This document shows, piece after piece, positions 18,163-27,653 of a stretch of DNA of 44,850 nt. The stretch is taken from sequence record OP434518, one strand, 5' to 3'. The first letter of the stretch is position 1, and each line of letters opens with the position of its first letter. The notes beneath the pieces are model-generated. The model worked only from the letters and a program-made list of their open reading frames with translations, searched no databases and was not told where the DNA came from. Origin of the DNA: Escherichia phage phi458. The translations under genes and the position numbers were made by a program.

Positions 18163-18657
18163 ATGGATCGAGAGTTAAAAAATCTGACGCTGAATATCAG
18201 TCAACTGGCGGCACTGTCAGGTGTACATCGCCAGACTGCTGCGGCAAGGCTGCAAAATCTACCCGTTGCAGGGGGGCATGAAAGCAACCTCAAGCTTTAT
18301 CGGGTGGTTGATATTGTGTCGGCATTTCTGGCATTGCCACCGCCGGTTGCAGAAGGCGAAATGGACGCGCATGAGCGCAAAGCCTGGTATCAGTCTGAAC
18401 GTGAGCGTCTTAAGTTCGAACAGGAAACGGCACAACTCATTCCGGCCAGTGATGTCAGACGGGAGTTTGCCATCTGGGCAAAAGCGGTCGTGCAGGTGCT
18501 GGAGACATTACCGGATATTCTGGAACGTGACTGCGGTCTGCAGCCTGCCGCTGTGAGCCGTGTTCAGTCCATTATTGATGATCTGCGCGATCAGATAGCC
18601 CTGCGGGTGACTGAAGCAGGTGCGGATGATGAGGAGGAATTACAGCAGGAGGAGTAA
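18163..18657 (+). CDS. Terminase small subunit (Nu1-like)
   Basis: 164 aa with N-terminal HTH LTLNISQLAALSGVHRQTAAARL; directly upstream of and overlapping the large terminase. Confidence 0.75.
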   Translation: MDRELKNLTLNISQLAALSGVHRQTAAARLQNLPVAGGHESNLKLYRVVDIVSAFLALPPPVAEGEMDAHERKAWYQSERERLKFEQETAQLIPASDVRREFAIWAKAVVQVLETLPDILERDCGLQPAAVSRVQSIIDDLRDQIALRVTEAGADDEEELQQEE

Positions 18658-20759
18658 TGCTGAATCAGGAAACCGCAAAGGCAGCACGAACCGATTCAGG
18701 TTATATCCTTCGCGCACCGAGACGAATGCGGGTTGCTGATGCCGTTGCTCAGTATATGCGGGTGCCCATGGGGGCAGGGAACTCAGTCCCGTGGGATCCG
18801 CTGGTGGCACCGTATGTTATTGAGCCGATGAACTGCCTGGCCTCGCGTGAATACGACGCAGTGATATTTGTTGGCCCGGCACGAACCGGCAAGACTATCG
18901 GCCTGATTGACGGCTGGGTGATTTACAACGTGATTTGCGATCCTGCTGATATGCTGATCATTCAGATGACGGAGGAAAAAGCCCGCGAACACTCCAAAAA
19001 ACGACTCGCCAGAACGTTTCGCGTCAGCCCGGAAGTGGTCAGTCGCCTGAGTCCGAACAAAAATGACAACAACGTTTATGACAGAACATTCCTTGCTGGT
19101 AACTACCTGAAAATCGGCTGGCCGTCAGTCAATATCATGTCCTCATCAGATTATAAATGCGTCGCGCTGACGGATTATGACCGTTTTCCGGAAGATATTG
19201 ATGGCGAGGGGGATGCTTTCTCTCTTGCCTCAAAACGTACCACCACATTTATGTCCAGCGGTATGACGCTGGTGGAGAGTTCCCCCGGCAGGGATGTGAA
19301 GGATGTGAAATGGCGACGGACTTCACCGCATGAGGCTCCACCAACCACGGGGATCCTGTCGCTCTATAACCGTGGTGATCGCCGTCGCTGGTACTGGCCC
19401 TGTCCACACTGTGGTGAGTATTTTCAGCCCTGCGGCGATGTGGTTGCTGGTTTCCGTGATATTGCCGATCCCGTGCTGGCAAGTGAGGCGGCTTATATTC
19501 AGTGTCCTTCCTGTTCAGGACGGATTATGCCTGAACAAAAACGTGAGCTGAACGGACGTGGGGTCTGGTTGCGGGATGGTGAATCCATCAATGCGGATGG
19601 CAGTCGTTATGGTGATCCCCGACGCTCACGTATTGCGTCATTCTGGATGGAGGGTCCGGCAGCTGCTTACCAGACACTCTCGCAACTCGTTTACAAACTG
19701 CTTACTGCAGAACAGGAATACGAGACAACCGGAAGTGAAGAAACACTCAAGACGGTTATCAATACCGACTGGGGATTACCTTATCTTCCCCGCGCCAGCA
19801 TGGAGCAACGAAAAAGTGAACTGCTTGAGCAGCGGGCAGAGCCAGTTCCTTCCCGCAGTGTGCCGGATGGCGTTAATTTCCTTGTGGCGACAGTGGATGT
19901 GCAGGCGGGACGTCATCGCCGTTTTGTGGTTCAGGTAACGGGCTATGGCAGCCGTGGCGAACGCTGGATTATTGATCGTTACAACATCACGCAGTCATTG
20001 CGCGGTGACAGCGACGGGGAGAGCCAGCGAATTGATCCGGCCAGCTATCCGGAAGACTGGGATGTCCTGCTGACGGATGTTTTTCATAAAAGCTGGCCGC
20101 TGGCCTCCGATCCTTCTCAACAAATGCGACTGATGGCAATGGCGGTGGACTCCGGCGGTGAAGACGGGGTCACTGATAATGCCTATAAATTCTGGCGTCG
20201 TTGCCGTCGTGATGGCCTTGGTAAACGTATTTACCTGTTTAAGGGCGACAGCATCCGGCGCGCAAAACTGATCACCCGTACATTCCCTGATAACACCGGA
20301 CGAACGGGCCGACGGGCGCAGGCCGCAGGTGATGTGCCGCTCTGGCTTCTTCAGACGGATGCACTGAAAGACCGGGTGAATAACGCGTTATGGCGTGACT
20401 CGCCAGGTCCCGGCTATGTGCATTTCCCTGACTGGCTGGGGAGCTGGTTTTACGACGAACTGACGTATGAAGAGCGGAGCAGTGACGGGAAATGGAGTAA
20501 GCCGGGTCGCGGTGCCAACGAAGCTTTTGACCTGATGGTGTATGCCGAGGCTCTGGTCATTCTGCATGGATACGAAAAGATCCGCTGGCCGGATGCACCG
20601 GAGTGGGCGAGCCGGGAAACCTGGCTGGAGTGTGTCCAGGACAGTACCGAACCGTCATCCTCACCGGAACCGGTATCCACGCCTGTTAAAAAACAAAAAC
20701 GGAAGAAAACAGTAACTGACGATGTTAACCCCTGGCTGACTTCCGGAGGATGGTTATGA
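18657..20759 (+). CDS. Terminase large subunit (gpA-like)
   Basis: 700 aa; Walker A VGPARTGKT; position and size as lambda A. Confidence 0.85.
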   Translation: MLNQETAKAARTDSGYILRAPRRMRVADAVAQYMRVPMGAGNSVPWDPLVAPYVIEPMNCLASREYDAVIFVGPARTGKTIGLIDGWVIYNVICDPADMLIIQMTEEKAREHSKKRLARTFRVSPEVVSRLSPNKNDNNVYDRTFLAGNYLKIGWPSVNIMSSSDYKCVALTDYDRFPEDIDGEGDAFSLASKRTTTFMSSGMTLVESSPGRDVKDVKWRRTSPHEAPPTTGILSLYNRGDRRRWYWPCPHCGEYFQPCGDVVAGFRDIADPVLASEAAYIQCPSCSGRIMPEQKRELNGRGVWLRDGESINADGSRYGDPRRSRIASFWMEGPAAAYQTLSQLVYKLLTAEQEYETTGSEETLKTVINTDWGLPYLPRASMEQRKSELLEQRAEPVPSRSVPDGVNFLVATVDVQAGRHRRFVVQVTGYGSRGERWIIDRYNITQSLRGDSDGESQRIDPASYPEDWDVLLTDVFHKSWPLASDPSQQMRLMAMAVDSGGEDGVTDNAYKFWRRCRRDGLGKRIYLFKGDSIRRAKLITRTFPDNTGRTGRRAQAAGDVPLWLLQTDALKDRVNNALWRDSPGPGYVHFPDWLGSWFYDELTYEERSSDGKWSKPGRGANEAFDLMVYAEALVILHGYEKIRWPDAPEWASRETWLECVQDSTEPSSSPEPVSTPVKKQKRKKTVTDDVNPWLTSGGWL

Positions 20760-20968
20760 ACCAGAATGATATCGAAGCCATGATTCAGCGTTATATGGAA
20801 GCTGAAATGGCGGTGCTGGACGGAAAATCCGTCACCTTTAATGGTCAGCAGATGACCATGGAAAACTTATCTGAGATCCGGCAGGGACGGCAGGAGTGGG
20901 AGCGCCGCCTTGCGGCTCTGATTACACGACGACGGGGGCATCCCGGGTACCGGCTGGCGAGGTTCTGA
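20756..20968 (+). CDS. gpW-like head-tail joining protein
   Basis: Small ORF with ATGA overlap to terminase; C-terminal RRRGHPGY resembles the lambda W C-terminus. Confidence 0.6.
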   Translation: MNQNDIEAMIQRYMEAEMAVLDGKSVTFNGQQMTMENLSEIRQGRQEWERRLAALITRRRGHPGYRLARF

Positions 20969-22476
20969 TGGCAATTCTTGATGATGTGATTGGCGTTTTT
21001 TCACCTGGATGGAAAGCGGCAAGGCTGCGTTCCCGTGCGGTGATCCAGGCTTATGAAGCCGTAAAAACGACGCGGACACACAAAGCCCGACGGGAGAACC
21101 GAACTGCCGACCAGCTAAGCCAGTACGGGGCCGTGTCGTTACGTGAGCAGGCCCGTTACCTTGATAACAACCACGATCTGGTTATTGGTGTATTTGACAA
21201 GCTGGAAGAACGGGTGGTGGGGAAAAACGGGATTATTGTCGAGCCACATCCGGTATTACGCAATGGGGCCATTGCCCGTGATCTGGCAGCGGAGATTCGC
21301 ACCCGATGGAGTGAATGGTCTGTCAGCCCGGAAGTCACCGGGCAGTTTACCCGTCCGATGCTGGAACGTCTGATGCTGCGTACCTGGCTGCGCGATGGTG
21401 AGGTGTTTGTCCAGATGGTTTCCGGGCGCATAAACAGCCTGACGCCTTCTGCCGGTGTTCATTTCTGGCTGGAGGCGCTCGAGCCAGACTTTATTCCCAT
21501 GACCAGTGATGAGAGCAACAGGCTGAATCAGGGCGTGTTTGTTGATGACTGGGGGCGTCCCGAAAAATATCTGGTGTATAAAAGCCGTCCCGTATCCGGA
21601 CGGCAGATGGAAACCAAAGAAGTGGATGCAGAGCGAATGCTGCATCTTAAATTTGTTCGCCGTCTGCACCAGATGCGCGGGACGTCTTTGTTGTCCGGTG
21701 TGCTGATCCGCCTCAGTGCCCTGAAAGATTATGAAGATTATGAGCTGACTGCAGCAAGGATCGCCGCTGCTCTGGGGATGTACATCCGCAAAGGCGACGG
21801 GCAGAGCTATGAACCGGATGGTAATGGCAGCAAGGATAAGGAACGCGAGCTTACCATTCAGCCAGGCATTATTTACGACGATCTGAAACCCGGCGAAGAA
21901 ATCGGAATGGTGAAGTCGGATCGCCCCAATCCTAACCTTGAAACTTTTCGTAATGGTCAGTTGCGTGCCGTGGCGGCGGGCAGTCGTCTGAGTTTTTCCA
22001 GTACAGCGCGCAACTATAACGGCACTTACAGCGCCCAGCGTCAGGAGCTGGTTGAATCTACTGATGGCTACCTGATCCTGCAGGACTGGTTTATTGGTGC
22101 CGTCACCCGCCCGATGTATCGTGCATGGCTGAAACAGGCTGTGGCATCCGGTGTTATCAGGCTACCCCGCGATCTTGACCGTTCTTCACTGTATACCGCG
22201 GTGTATTCCGGACCAGTGATGCCGTGGATTGACCCTGTTAAGGAGGCTGAGGCCTGGAAAATCCAGATTCGTGGTGGAGCGGCGACAGAATCAGACTGGG
22301 TACGTGCAGGTGGTCGTAATCCGGATGATGTCAAACGTCGGCGCAAGGCCGAAATTGATGAAAACCGCAAGCTGGATCTGGTATTTGATACCGATCCGGC
22401 CAGTGATAAAGGAGGCAGCAGTGCCGCAACGAAACGACAGGAGCCGCAGCACACCGACGACCAGTCCGAAGAATAA
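20968..22476 (+). CDS. Portal protein (start at ATG overlapping the W stop)
   Basis: About 500 aa between terminase and head protease; the ORF-track 5' extension from 20896 overlaps W and is rejected. Confidence 0.8.
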   Translation: MAILDDVIGVFSPGWKAARLRSRAVIQAYEAVKTTRTHKARRENRTADQLSQYGAVSLREQARYLDNNHDLVIGVFDKLEERVVGKNGIIVEPHPVLRNGAIARDLAAEIRTRWSEWSVSPEVTGQFTRPMLERLMLRTWLRDGEVFVQMVSGRINSLTPSAGVHFWLEALEPDFIPMTSDESNRLNQGVFVDDWGRPEKYLVYKSRPVSGRQMETKEVDAERMLHLKFVRRLHQMRGTSLLSGVLIRLSALKDYEDYELTAARIAAALGMYIRKGDGQSYEPDGNGSKDKERELTIQPGIIYDDLKPGEEIGMVKSDRPNPNLETFRNGQLRAVAAGSRLSFSSTARNYNGTYSAQRQELVESTDGYLILQDWFIGAVTRPMYRAWLKQAVASGVIRLPRDLDRSSLYTAVYSGPVMPWIDPVKEAEAWKIQIRGGAATESDWVRAGGRNPDDVKRRRKAEIDENRKLDLVFDTDPASDKGGSSAATKRQEPQHTDDQSEE

Positions 22477-24448
22477 TTCCTGGTTCAGGATGCAGGCTGG
22501 TCACCAGAGTGACGCGGATATTTATATTTATGACGAGATTGGTTTCTGGGGTGTTACAGCGAAGCAGTTTATCAGTGATCTGAATGCACTGGGCGATATC
22601 ACCCACATTAATCTCCATATTAATTCACCGGGTGGCGATGTCTTTGAAGGCATCGCCATTTTTAATGCGCTGAAAACACATGGTGCGTCCATTACCGTTT
22701 ATGTCGACGGTGTGGCGGCGTCAATGGCGTCGGTCATTGCGATGGTGGGAAACCCGGTCATTATGCCGGAAAACACCTTCATGATGATTCATAAACCATT
22801 TGGCTTTACGGGCGGTGATGCGGAGGACATGCGCACCTATGCCGACCTGCTCGATAAGGTTGAGGCGGTTCTGTTACCCGCTTATGCACAGAAAACCGGG
22901 AAAACCACCGATGAAATTGCTGCCATGCTGGCGGATGAGACCTGGATGTCCGGTGCCGAATGTCTGGCACAGGGATTTGCTGATCAGGTGACGCCAGCCG
23001 TTAAGGCAATGGCATGTATTCAGTCAAAACGTACAGAGGAATTTAAAAAGATGCCGGAATCCATTCGAAACATGATTACTCCGCCACGCAACAGTGCTCC
23101 ACGCGTACAGGATGATGAACCTGCAGCCTCCCGGACGCCAGTGCAGGCAGCAGCACCCGTGGTGGATGAAAACAGTATCCGTGCGCAGGTACTGGCAGAG
23201 CAAAAAGCGCGTGTAAACGGTATTAATGATCTGTTTGCCATGTTTGGCGGGCGTTATCAGACGCTGCAGGCTCAGTGTCTTGCCGATCCTGAATGTTCGC
23301 TGGAGCAGGCCCGCGAAAAGCTGTTGAACGAGATGGGGCGCGAGTCCACGCCATCCAATAAAAATACCCCGGCTCATATTTATGCCGGAAACGGTAATTT
23401 TGTGGGGGACGGGATCCGCCAGGCGCTGATGGCGCGTGCCGGATTTGAAAAAACCGAACGTGATAATGTCTACAACGGGATGACCCTGCGTGAATATGCC
23501 CGTATGTCACTGACTGAACGGGGTATTGGGGTTTCCAGTTATAACCCGATGCAGATGGTCGGTGCGGCGTTCACACACAGTACGTCTGACTTCGGTAATA
23601 TTCTGCTGGATGTTGCGAACAAAGCCATTCTGCAGGGCTGGGAAGATGCCCCTGAAACCTATGAACAGTGGACGCGGAAAGGTCAGTTGTCTGATTTTAA
23701 AATTGCCCATCGTGTGGGTATGGGGGGCTTCAGTGCTCTGCGTCAGGTGCGTGAAGGGGCGGAATATAAATACGTCACCACCGGAGATAAACAGGCCACT
23801 ATTGCACTGGCGACCTATGGCGAGCTGTTCAGTATCACCCGTCAGGCCATTATCAATGATGATCTGAATATGCTGACCGATGTCCCGATGAAACTGGGCC
23901 GTGCGGCGAAATCCACTATTGCCGATCTGGTTTATGCCATTCTGACGTCTAACCCGAAAATCTCCACAGATAATGTAAGTCTGTTCGATAAAGCGAAACA
24001 TGCAAACGTACTGGAGAGCGCTGCAATGGACGTGGCATCGCTGGATAAAGCCCGCCAGTTGATGCGCGTTCAGAAAGAGGGGGAGCGTCATCTGAATATT
24101 CGTCCTGCGTTCGTACTGGTACCGACGGCGATGGAGTCTGTTGCTAACCAGGTCATTCGCTCCTCAAGTGTCAAGGGGGCTGACATTAACGCCGGTATTA
24201 TTAACCCGGTGAAAGATTTTGCGACCGTTATTGCAGAGCCTCGTCTTGATGATAACAGCCAGACCACCTTCTACCTGGCTGCGTCAAAAGGCTCCGATAC
24301 GATTGAAGTGGCTTATCTCAACGGTGTGGATACGCCATATATTGATCAGATGGAGGGCTTCAGTGTGGATGGCGTGACAACGAAAGTGCGTATTGACGCC
24401 GGTGTCGCGCCAGTTGATCACCGCGGTCTGGTGAAATGTACGGCGTAA
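22421..24448 (+). CDS. Fused ClpP-family prohead protease / scaffold-like linker / HK97-fold major capsid protein
   Basis: Single uninterrupted frame; GTG at 22421 preceded by AAAGGAGG; N-terminal protease region (IYIYDEIGFWGV...INSPGGDVFEGIAIFNALK...MASVIAMVG); coiled linker; C-terminal ~330-aa capsid-like domain. Confidence 0.7.
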   Translation: MPQRNDRSRSTPTTSPKNNSWFRMQAGHQSDADIYIYDEIGFWGVTAKQFISDLNALGDITHINLHINSPGGDVFEGIAIFNALKTHGASITVYVDGVAASMASVIAMVGNPVIMPENTFMMIHKPFGFTGGDAEDMRTYADLLDKVEAVLLPAYAQKTGKTTDEIAAMLADETWMSGAECLAQGFADQVTPAVKAMACIQSKRTEEFKKMPESIRNMITPPRNSAPRVQDDEPAASRTPVQAAAPVVDENSIRAQVLAEQKARVNGINDLFAMFGGRYQTLQAQCLADPECSLEQAREKLLNEMGRESTPSNKNTPAHIYAGNGNFVGDGIRQALMARAGFEKTERDNVYNGMTLREYARMSLTERGIGVSSYNPMQMVGAAFTHSTSDFGNILLDVANKAILQGWEDAPETYEQWTRKGQLSDFKIAHRVGMGGFSALRQVREGAEYKYVTTGDKQATIALATYGELFSITRQAIINDDLNMLTDVPMKLGRAAKSTIADLVYAILTSNPKISTDNVSLFDKAKHANVLESAAMDVASLDKARQLMRVQKEGERHLNIRPAFVLVPTAMESVANQVIRSSSVKGADINAGIINPVKDFATVIAEPRLDDNSQTTFYLAASKGSDTIEVAYLNGVDTPYIDQMEGFSVDGVTTKVRIDAGVAPVDHRGLVKCTA

Positions 24449-24471
24449 ACGTCGCAGACAACAACTCTGAT

Positions 24472-24491
24472 GGCCCGTAAGGGCTTTTTTT
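24472..24491 (+). terminator. Intrinsic terminator after the capsid gene
   Basis: GCCC-gtaa-GGGC followed by TTTTTTT. Confidence 0.6.
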
Positions 24492-24534
24492 GTACCTGAA
24501 ATCAGCCCCTGAACGGGGCTGTGCGGAGACAGTT

Positions 24535-24858
24535 ATGGCAAAGAATTTTGTAGAAGAAGGAAAAACGGTGGCGATTGTTGCCAGTGCAGCCATCAGCAGC
24601 GGAGACCTGGTGCAGGTGGGTGATGTTTTTGCGGTGGCGCTGACCGATATTCCACAGGGTGAAACAGGCGACGGCCTGACCGAAGGTGTGTTTATGCTGC
24701 CTAAGCTGAAAACGGATGACATGAAAACGGGTAAGAAGGTTTATCTGAAGTCCGGAAAAGTTCAGCTGACTAACAGCGGCTCTGATCCGCTGGTCGGGGT
24801 TGTCTGGGCAGATGCCGGAACCAGTGCAGAAGAAGTGCCGGTAAAACTCAATGTCTGA
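24535..24858 (+). CDS. Small head-associated protein (possible decoration protein)
   Basis: 108 aa from ATG 24535 with GGAGA RBS; Gly/Val-rich; directly after the capsid gene. Confidence 0.55.
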   Translation: MAKNFVEEGKTVAIVASAAISSGDLVQVGDVFAVALTDIPQGETGDGLTEGVFMLPKLKTDDMKTGKKVYLKSGKVQLTNSGSDPLVGVVWADAGTSAEEVPVKLNV

Positions 24859-25126
24859 TCCCTTTTCCCGGCTGGCAGCGCGTATGGATGCTATCACGGT
24901 CAGAAAGATGGGAAAGACAGCCTCGATTAATGATGTCGATATGACTGTGATCCCGGGAGAAACACTGGCAGAGCTGAATGCTCTGTCCGGACCTGCGGTC
25001 TCTCTGGTGGTGTTTTCTTCGGGATACCGCCCACGGCGCGGTGATCGCGTTGTTTATGACGGACAACAATGGACGGTCACACGGCATGAACGCTTTAACG
25101 GTAAGCCAATGATCTTTATTGAGTAA
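24851..25126 (+). CDS. Head-tail connector/adaptor protein (putative)
   Basis: 91-aa ORF between head and tail modules; assignment by position. Confidence 0.5.
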   Translation: MSDPFSRLAARMDAITVRKMGKTASINDVDMTVIPGETLAELNALSGPAVSLVVFSSGYRPRRGDRVVYDGQQWTVTRHERFNGKPMIFIE

Positions 25127-25137
25127 AGAGGTGTGGG

Positions 25138-25716
25138 ATGAAGGGGCTTGAGAATGCCATCCGCAATCTGAACAGCCTTGATACCCGTATGGTGCCACAG
25201 GCCAGCGCATGGGCGATAAACCGTGTGGCACAGAAAGCGGTCTCGGTTGCCACCCGGCAGGTTGCCGGGAATACCGTTGCGGGAGATAACCAGGTGAAAG
25301 GGATCCCCCTGAAACTGGTACGTCAGCGTGTCCGGGTGTTTAAAGCCAGTCCGTCAGGAAAAATGACGGCCAGGATCCGCGTTAACCGGGGCAATCTGCC
25401 TGCCATTAAGCTGGGGACAGCCCGGGTCAGACTGGCCCGGCGTGGTGGAAAACTGCAGTACCGTGGCAGTGTGCTGAAGGTGGGTAAATATCTTTTCCGG
25501 GATGCGTTTATTCAGCAACTGGCGAATGGTCGCTGGCATGTGATGCGGCGTATTGATGGCAAAAATCGTTACCCCATTGATGTGGTGAAAATCCCGCTGT
25601 CCGGACCGCTGACACAGACATTTGAAGATGCCCGCGACCGCATCATTGCTGCGGAAATGCCGAAACAGCTGGGGTATGCACTGAAACAACAACTGAGGTT
25701 ATGGCTGACCCGATGA
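25138..25716 (+). CDS. Z: Tail completion protein Z
   Basis: 192 aa, same length and position as lambda Z, followed by U and V homologues. Confidence 0.7.
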   Translation: MKGLENAIRNLNSLDTRMVPQASAWAINRVAQKAVSVATRQVAGNTVAGDNQVKGIPLKLVRQRVRVFKASPSGKMTARIRVNRGNLPAIKLGTARVRLARRGGKLQYRGSVLKVGKYLFRDAFIQQLANGRWHVMRRIDGKNRYPIDVVKIPLSGPLTQTFEDARDRIIAAEMPKQLGYALKQQLRLWLTR

Positions 25717-26114
25717 ACCGACATACACAAATCCGCCAGGTCGTACTGGCACGCCTTCGGGAACAGTGTGGAGACAGCGCCACGTTTTTTGACGGGCTTC
25801 CGGCATTTGTTGATGCGCAGGAACTGCCTGCCGTGGCGGTGTGGCTGAGTGATGCTCAGTACACCGGAAAAATGACGGATGAAGATGACTGGCAGGCTGT
25901 TCTGCATATTGCTGTCTTCATCCGGGCACAGGCACCGGATTCAGAGCTGGATATGTGGATGGAGAGCACCATTTTCCCGGCCCTGAATGATGTACCAGCA
26001 CTTTCCGGACTCATCGACACCCTGATCCCACTCGGTTTTAACTATCAACGTGATAATGAGATGGCCACCTGGGCGATGGCGGAAATCACGTACCAGATCA
26101 CGTACACGAATTAA
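25701..26114 (+). CDS. U: Tail terminator protein U
   Basis: Similar to lambda U: ATFFDG...PAVAVWL...YTG, HI.VF..AQ.PDSELD.WMES. Confidence 0.8.
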   Translation: MADPMNRHTQIRQVVLARLREQCGDSATFFDGLPAFVDAQELPAVAVWLSDAQYTGKMTDEDDWQAVLHIAVFIRAQAPDSELDMWMESTIFPALNDVPALSGLIDTLIPLGFNYQRDNEMATWAMAEITYQITYTN

Positions 26115-26124
26115 GGAGGTGGTA

Positions 26125-26868
26125 ATGACCACACCAAATCCACTGGCAAAAACGAAAGGTGCGGGAACGACGTTCTGGATGTATACCGGCAAGGGCGATG
26201 CGTTTGCGAACCCTTTATCGGACACTGACTGGCTGCGTCTTGCGATGGTGAAGGATCTGCAACCTGGCGAAATGACCGCTGATGCAGAAGATGACACTTA
26301 TCTCGATGATGAAGATGCAGACTGGAAAACGACAACCCAGGGGCAGAAATCAGTCGGTGATACTTCGGCGACGCTGGCCTGGCGTCCGGGGGACAGCGGG
26401 CAGAAAAAACTGGTTCAGTTGTTCGACTCCGGTGAAGTCTGCGCTTTTCGTATCAAATATCCCAACGGTACTGTTGATGTTTTCCGTGGCTGGCTGAGTT
26501 CACTGGGTAAAACCATTGCCTCAAAAGACGTGATGACCCGCACAGTGAAAATCAGCGGTGTGGGGCGTCCGTATCTGGCAGAGGAAGGCACTGAAATCGT
26601 GGGCGTTACCGGGCTGACGGTGGCACCGGCATCTGCCAGTGTAAAAGTGGGAGCAACCACCACGCTGACCTTTACAGTAAAACCTGACGGAGCCAGTGAC
26701 AAAGCGATCAGTGTGCATTCGACAGATCCACAGACTGCCACGGTGACCCTGAACGGGCTTGTGGCCACGGTGAAAGGCGTGAAGCAGGGCAGTGTCAGCA
26801 TTGTGGGCATGACTTCTGACGGCGATTTTGTGGCAGTGGCTACGGTGGCTGTCAGCGCCGCAGGTTAA
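26125..26868 (+). CDS. V: Major tail protein V
   Basis: MTTPNPLAKTKGAGTTFWMYTG... closely resembles lambda V; strong AAGGAGGTGG RBS; terminator follows. Confidence 0.9.
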   Translation: MTTPNPLAKTKGAGTTFWMYTGKGDAFANPLSDTDWLRLAMVKDLQPGEMTADAEDDTYLDDEDADWKTTTQGQKSVGDTSATLAWRPGDSGQKKLVQLFDSGEVCAFRIKYPNGTVDVFRGWLSSLGKTIASKDVMTRTVKISGVGRPYLAEEGTEIVGVTGLTVAPASASVKVGATTTLTFTVKPDGASDKAISVHSTDPQTATVTLNGLVATVKGVKQGSVSIVGMTSDGDFVAVATVAVSAAG

Positions 26869-26889
26869 CAGGACGATACTCATCATTTG

Positions 26890-26913
26890 CCCCGGTTATC
26901 CGGGGCTTTTTTG
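26890..26913 (+). terminator. Intrinsic terminator after V
   Basis: CCCCGG-ttat-CCGGGG followed by CTTTTTT. Confidence 0.6.
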
Positions 26914-26925
26914 CAGGTGGAGAAC

Positions 26926-27315
26926 ATGATGTTTCTGAAACAGGGCACGTTTAATTATGAAAAGCAGTCCGTGGTGCTCAGTGAGCTGTCCGGGCTGCAG
27001 AGAATTGAATATCTGGCGTTTGTTCAGCAGCGAACGGCAAAGTTTGATGCCGAAGAGGGAGAACTGCCGGAGGCTGAACGACAGATTGCTTTTCTACGGA
27101 TGGGGATGGATATCAATGCCTGGCTGGTTTCCCGCTCACTGTGGAATGCGGAACAGTCTCAGGATGTTGAGACGCTTTGCGCATCCGTTATTACAACATG
27201 GTCGTATGATGCCCTGGGAGCGGGGGCGGAGATGGTTCTGTCGCTGAGCGGTATGGGAGCCATTGAGAATGCCGGGGATTTGGAGCATGAGGTGCTGACG
27301 CCGGAAAAGTCCTGA
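26926..27315 (+). CDS. G: Tail assembly chaperone G
   Basis: MMFLKQGTFNYEKQSVVLSELSGLQRIEYLAF... resembles lambda G; ATG start chosen over the track's TTG. Confidence 0.85.
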   Translation: MMFLKQGTFNYEKQSVVLSELSGLQRIEYLAFVQQRTAKFDAEEGELPEAERQIAFLRMGMDINAWLVSRSLWNAEQSQDVETLCASVITTWSYDALGAGAEMVLSLSGMGAIENAGDLEHEVLTPEKS

Positions 27316-27653
27316 CGCGGGAAATGCAGTTTGTCATGCGGCTTGCCCGGGAGTTCAGGCGGGCAGACTGGCGGCGGATGCTGTCGGAAATGTCGGCCAC
27401 TGAGCTTGGTGAGTGGGGCGATTATTTCCGGATGCAGAGCTTCAGTGATGTGTGGATGGATGCGCAGTTTGCCTCGCTGAAGGCATTGATCGTGAGAATG
27501 GTGTCCGGCAGCAGTGATGCTGCGGTGGCTGATTTCAGCCTTTTACCGGAAGAGAACGGGATACCGGAGCGAACGGACGAAGAACTGATGCATCTTGGGG
27601 AAGGTATTTCCGGAGGTGTGCGTTATGGACCAGATAGCCAACCTGGTCATTGA
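27303..27653 (+). CDS. T: T portion of the G-T tail assembly chaperone, reached by -1 programmed frameshift
   Basis: The -1 frame is open from the G 3' end; slip-prone GGAAAAG at 27303-27309 just before the G stop; product continues ...REMQFVMRLAREF. Confidence 0.7.
   Translation, partial: GKVLTREMQFVMRLAREFRRADWRRMLSEMSATELGEWGDYFRMQSFSDVWMDAQFASLKALIVRMVSGSSDAAVADFSLLPEENGIPERTDEELMHLGEGISGGVRYGPDSQPGH

Noticed and set aside
22229-22420. N-terminal extension of the protease-capsid ORF back to 22229
   Set aside because: Overlaps the portal gene in another frame; a GTG with a strong RBS at 22421 is a better start.
23507-24091. 194-aa minus-strand ORF inside the capsid domain
   Set aside because: Antisense shadow ORF within a structural gene.
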